Below, piece by piece: positions 36,610 to 39,754 of a DNA stretch of 39,754 nt. The DNA is from a virus (Duplodnaviria; Caudoviricetes). How positions within the stretch are numbered: position 1 is the stretch's first letter; every line of letters begins with the position of its first letter. The translations under genes and the position numbers were made by a program. Location of the stretch: positions 1 through 39,754 of the IMG/VR virus record IMGVR_UViG_3300043244_000125. The stretch is one strand, 5' to 3'. The notes beneath the pieces are model-generated. The model ran no database searches, was not told the origin of the DNA, and saw nothing but the letters and a program-made list of their open reading frames with translations.

Positions 36610-37196
36610 CCGCCCCGCTCGCGACCATCCGGCGGGGCGAGGACGTGCGTCTGGCGATCCTGGTGATCGCGGGCGATCCCTCGGGCGTGTCGGTGCGCGC
36701 GGCGGTGCAGCCGGGCACGCCGGGCATTCCGGGCGGGCCTGCCCGCGCCTTCGTGGTCGAGGGACGAGCCGACATCGGCGACGGCCGCCCGGCGTGGATT
36801 CTGGGCCTGCCCGCCGGCGCCCTTCTGGACGAGGGCGAACACACGCTCGACGCCGAGATCGTTTGGCCCGACGGCGCGACCCGCTTCATGCCGCGGCGCA
36901 CGGTGCTGATCTCTCCCACCACGACCGTTCGCGGCGCGCAGGCGGGGCCGCCGCCCGCCGACGCCCCCGCCATGCCGAACGTGACGCCCACGCCCGCGGG
37001 CGCGCTCGCCTTCGCCTGGGCCGGCCCCGGCACGGATCCGGGTCTCTTGTGGGCGCAGGTGGAGAGCGGGGACGTGGCGATGGTGTCGGGGCCGGGCGGC
37101 GGCGCCGGCGGCGTCATCCCCGGCAGCGGGCTCTCTCTGACGGGCGCCCGCATGGACTTGAACATCGGCGAGCTGCCGCTCGCGCCGGCCAATTAG
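36606..37196 (+). CDS. Tail/baseplate adaptor-like protein
   Basis: ATGA-coupled; TIRRGED N-terminus, DAEIVWPDG; ends LNIGELPLAP. Confidence 0.6.
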   Translation: MTAPLATIRRGEDVRLAILVIAGDPSGVSVRAAVQPGTPGIPGGPARAFVVEGRADIGDGRPAWILGLPAGALLDEGEHTLDAEIVWPDGATRFMPRRTVLISPTTTVRGAQAGPPPADAPAMPNVTPTPAGALAFAWAGPGTDPGLLWAQVESGDVAMVSGPGGGAGGVIPGSGLSLTGARMDLNIGELPLAPAN

Positions 37197-37207
37197 GAGG
37201 ATTGCCC

Positions 37208-37804
37208 ATGGCCTTGCTGAGTTCCGATCTGCTGCCCATCCAGCGCGGCGGCGCGCTCTACAAAATCCTCGGCAGCGACATCCTGAGCTATGTCCAAAGC
37301 AACATCGGCACGAGCGAATACGTCGCCGCCGACATCGCGGCCCGCAACGCGTTGGCGTCGGCGATGAGCGTCGGCGACCGCGTGATCGTGAACGACGCCA
37401 CCGGGGACGCCACCGTCAACGCGGGGTGGGCCATCTATCAATGGATGGGGTCGGGGCTCTGGCGGAAGATCGCCGAGCAGGAAGGCCTGGACCTGACCGT
37501 GGGCGGGGCCGCGGCCACCAATCTGGGCTACACGCCCGGCCCGTCCGGCGGGACCGTCACCAGCGACACCGGCGTCGACGCCCTCCTGCCCCTCGCGGAT
37601 GGGACCAATGCGGGCCTGATGGCGCCGGCGAACGTCGTCAAGCTCTCGCACGTCACGGTGACCGCCGCGACCAATCTGGACACGATCCGGGGCGCATCCC
37701 ACGCGGCGGTCACCGCCAGCGGGTCGGCCACGACCAATCCCATCGTCGTGGACACGGGGCAGGTCCTGTCCTTCTCCATCGCCGCCCTTGCGACGGCGCC
37801 CTGA
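37208..37804 (+). CDS. Tail fibre-related protein
   Basis: AGGAGG RBS; ADIAARNAL...V.DATGD.TV.AGWAIY; LP.ADGTNAGLM. Confidence 0.7.
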   Translation: MALLSSDLLPIQRGGALYKILGSDILSYVQSNIGTSEYVAADIAARNALASAMSVGDRVIVNDATGDATVNAGWAIYQWMGSGLWRKIAEQEGLDLTVGGAAATNLGYTPGPSGGTVTSDTGVDALLPLADGTNAGLMAPANVVKLSHVTVTAATNLDTIRGASHAAVTASGSATTNPIVVDTGQVLSFSIAALATAP

Positions 37805-37806
37805 CC

Positions 37807-38070
37807 ATGGCGGCGCAGAACAACGACCTTCTGATGGTCGAGCGCGGCGGCGTGCTCTACAAGGCGACGATCGGCGACGTGACGGCTCTCGTGCCCGCCG
37901 GTCCGCAAGGTCCCGCCGGCCCGCAGGGTCCGCAAGGGCCGGCCGGCGCGACGGGCGCGGCCGGCGCTACGGGCGCCACCGGCCCCGCCGGTCCCCCGCC
38001 GCCGGTGGAAGTGCTGACTGCGCCGCCCGCCAGCCCCGTCGCCGGCGTCTTCTACGTGGTGACGTCGTGA
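37807..38070 (+). CDS. Short collagen-like (Gly-X-Y) fibre protein
   Basis: [32 protein letters not shown]. Confidence 0.8.
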   Translation: MAAQNNDLLMVERGGVLYKATIGDVTALVPAGPQGPAGPQGPQGPAGATGAAGATGATGPAGPPPPVEVLTAPPASPVAGVFYVVTS

Positions 38071-38915
38071 CGACGACGCTCGATCTGCGCGGCGCCCAGC
38101 GCCTGTTCTGGGGCGCGACCGAGGCCCAGCGGCTTTATCGCGGCTCGACGCTTCTGTGGACCAAGCCCGGAAGCCCGCCTCCGCCGCCGCCCTGGACGCC
38201 CGCGAGCGCCGGCGCCTGGGTGTGGATCGATCCGTCGGATCTCTCGACCATGCGCCAGGATCGCACGGGCGCGGCCGCGACCATCCCCGTCGCCGTGGGC
38301 GACCCGGTCGGCTCGCTGCTCGACAAGGGCCAGTTCGGGGGCTGGTGGACGGCCCTGACGGACGCCGCGCGGCCAACGCTGCAGAGTTCGGGCGGCGTCT
38401 TCTGGCTCGCGTTCGCCAATGCCCAGCGCCTGACCGCGACCGCGACCGCCGGCTTCATGGCCGCGATGGGCGGCAACATGAGCAAGACCGGGGTTCTGGC
38501 CGCCGCCGCCGCCCCGTCCTCCTCCAACCGGTTCGCCTTCCAGATCGGCAACGTGGCGCCGCTCTACGCGCTCATCCAATGGCCGACGACGAACCTGCCC
38601 ACGCTGCACCAGAACGGCCAGAATCTGATCGAGACCGACGGGCCGACCATGGCCGCGCTGCAGGTCCACGCGTTCATCAAAAACGTGAACGCGCTGTCGA
38701 TCCGCACCAATGGCGCCGAGCGCGCGGCGGCCAATGTCTCGGGCGTCAACATCCCGCCGACCGACACCGCGCTCAACTTCGGCGGGCGGTCGAACAACAC
38801 GAACTTCTGGAGCGGCCCCATCGTGTCGTTCGCCTTGTACCCCGGCGCCTTGTCGGGGGCGGACCTGACCGCGGCCGAGGCCTTCGCCGCCGCCCGCGCG
38901 GGGTTGAGCCTGTGA
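38067..38915 (+). CDS. Receptor-binding protein, LamG/ConA-like beta-sandwich
   Basis: N-terminal RLFWG.TE.QRLYRG..LLW adaptor; W.DPSDLSTM.QD...GDPVG...DK; GGR...FWSG.I. Confidence 0.7.
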   Translation: MTTTLDLRGAQRLFWGATEAQRLYRGSTLLWTKPGSPPPPPPWTPASAGAWVWIDPSDLSTMRQDRTGAAATIPVAVGDPVGSLLDKGQFGGWWTALTDAARPTLQSSGGVFWLAFANAQRLTATATAGFMAAMGGNMSKTGVLAAAAAPSSSNRFAFQIGNVAPLYALIQWPTTNLPTLHQNGQNLIETDGPTMAALQVHAFIKNVNALSIRTNGAERAAANVSGVNIPPTDTALNFGGRSNNTNFWSGPIVSFALYPGALSGADLTAAEAFAAARAGLSL

Positions 38916-39043
38916 GCGCGCGCGCGCTCGTCTGGCTGTTCATCCTGGCATGGTGCGTCGGCGCCTTGGCGACGTGCGGCTGGATGATCGCCAAGGCGAT
39001 CTTCGGGGCCATGCTGTTCGTGGCAGCAGGCGCCGATCATTGA
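38912..39043 (+). CDS. Small hydrophobic membrane peptide (last phage gene)
   Basis: GTGA overlap; 43 aa, almost all hydrophobic. Confidence 0.45.
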   Translation: MSARALVWLFILAWCVGALATCGWMIAKAIFGAMLFVAAGADH

Positions 39044-39132
39044 GCGCGAAGGCCGGTCTCAGGGCGGCCTCATGCCGGCCGCAACGCCGGTTCAGTCGAC
39101 AGGCCGAAGGCGACCGGAGACGCTCCGGCGTG

Positions 39133-39179
39133 CTCCGATCTCATCTGTCCCGCCCTCCGATTTCATTTGTCCCGCCACA
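39133..39179 (+). repeat. Prophage right end: tandem 22-bp putative transposase-binding sites plus terminal CA
   Basis: CTCCGATCTCATCTGTCCCGCC (39133-39154), CTCCGATTTCATTTGTCCCGCC (39155-39176), then ACA. Confidence 0.8.
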
Positions 39180-39191
39180 TCCTGCGCCCCG

Positions 39192-39234
39192 CCCCCCATC
39201 CCCCGGCCCCTTCCCCACGGAGGGGGAAGGGGAG
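39192..39234. repeat. Host REP-like palindrome
   Basis: CCCCCCATCCCCCGGCCCCTTCCCC-ACGGA-GGGGGAAGGGGAG; resembles the CCCCTCACCC...CCCTCTCCC...GGGAGAGGG intergenic palindromes of proteobacteria. Confidence 0.6.
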
Positions 39235-39301
39235 TGCGCGTCACCCGGAGCGCGCGTCTTCAGACGCGCTCTTCAGACGAAACGGTCCCCAGGCTACGAA
39301 C

Positions 39302-39493
39302 GCGTTTGGTGACGGCTGCGCCTTCCCAAACGCCGTCTTTCAAGGGTTTTGCGGGCGATGCGCCGCGTCAAGGACGCGCCGGAGGCGCGCCGCGTGGCGG
39401 CTGATTTTCCAGAGGAAAATCAGTCCTTGACGCGGCGGATCGCCCGGAGACGATTTCACCGAGGCTTTGCAAGCGCAAGGCGCGGCAAAGCCT
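39302..39493 (+). repeat. Structured multi-hairpin element, copy 3 (diverged, outside the prophage end)
   Basis: TTTGGTGACGGCT hairpin, GGGCGAT...GTCAAGGAC / GTCCTTGAC...ATCGCCC stem, AGGCTTTG...CAAAGCCT hairpin. Confidence 0.8.
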
Positions 39494-39556
39494 GTCCCAG
39501 CCGATTTCCGATTCAGTCGACGCCCGCGACTTCGGGCCCTCACCGCCCCGCCGCCT

Positions 39557-39754
39557 TCAATGCGTGCGTTCGCCCGTCGTCCCGTGCAGCGCGTAGGCGG
39601 TGACGCTGGCGACCAGATCGCGCGTCTCGGCGATCTCGATGCGCGAGAAGAGGTCGCAGATCAGCGCGAGCTGTTCCAGATGCGAGTCGTCATGGACCAC
39701 GCGCCTCTGCGCCGCCTTGATGATCTCGTCCGAGGTGGTGCGACTCCAAGGCAT
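39557..39754 (-). CDS. 3' end of a host (non-phage) gene, probably truncated by the window edge
   Basis: Open frame reaching the window end; no recognisable motif. Confidence 0.45.
   Translation of the reverse strand: MPWSRTTSDEIIKAAQRRVVHDDSHLEQLALICDLFSRIEIAETRDLVASVTAYALHGTTGERTH

Larger units (their letters stand above)
1..39179 (+). mobile_element. Mu-like transposable prophage with siphovirus-type tail (left end outside window)
   Basis: Gene order repressor/ner/MuA/MuB/GemA/Mor/lysis/gp27-28-29-30/protease/capsid/tail; right-end repeats plus terminal CA at 39178-39179. Confidence 0.95.

Noticed and set aside
35249-39043. Diversity-generating retroelement or invertible segment in the fibre region
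   Set aside because: No reverse transcriptase, no TR/VR pair with adenine-specific differences, and no recombinase or flanking inverted sites seen
39133-39176. Tandem 22-bp repeats as a CRISPR remnant
   Set aside because: No spacer, only two units, no cas genes; fits Mu-type end sites
39251-39280. Short direct repeat TCTTCAGACG twice
   Set aside because: Only 10 bp, outside the inferred end and unlike the end repeats; no function can be supported

Overview
Positions 1-39179 are most of a transposable (Mu-like) prophage with a non-contractile (siphovirus-type) tail, in a high-GC host that is probably an alphaproteobacterium (inferred from the GcrA-like gene and the flanking palindrome type). 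From left to right: S24-type repressor and divergent ner; an early operon (ParB-like, GcrA-like HTH, MuA, MuB, DnaA-domain-IV-like, DUF3164, GemA, Mor); a lower-GC accessory block (10.6-14.2 kb) with two minus-strand membrane genes and a three-gene TIGR04255-like operon; lysis, packaging and head genes; then tail and tail-fibre genes. The right end is visible as two tandem 22-bp repeats followed by CA at 39178-39179. The left end lies outside the window. Main leads: (1) a ~200-bp multi-hairpin element with covarying stems, trinucleotide loops and a hairpin-embedded TTGAC-16 nt-nACnAT promoter, present twice in the late region and once in flanking host DNA, resembling an Frpo-type single-stranded-DNA promoter, with one copy upstream of a possible Acb2/Tad1-like sponge gene; (2) the three-gene operon as a candidate toxin-antitoxin-chaperone-like defence system; (3) a MuF protein with a GNAT-like C-terminal extension and a coupled candidate immunity gene; (4) a 24-bp motif at three late-operon starts; (5) a perfect palindrome inside the parB-like gene. 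All family assignments come from motif recognition by eye; no searches were run.
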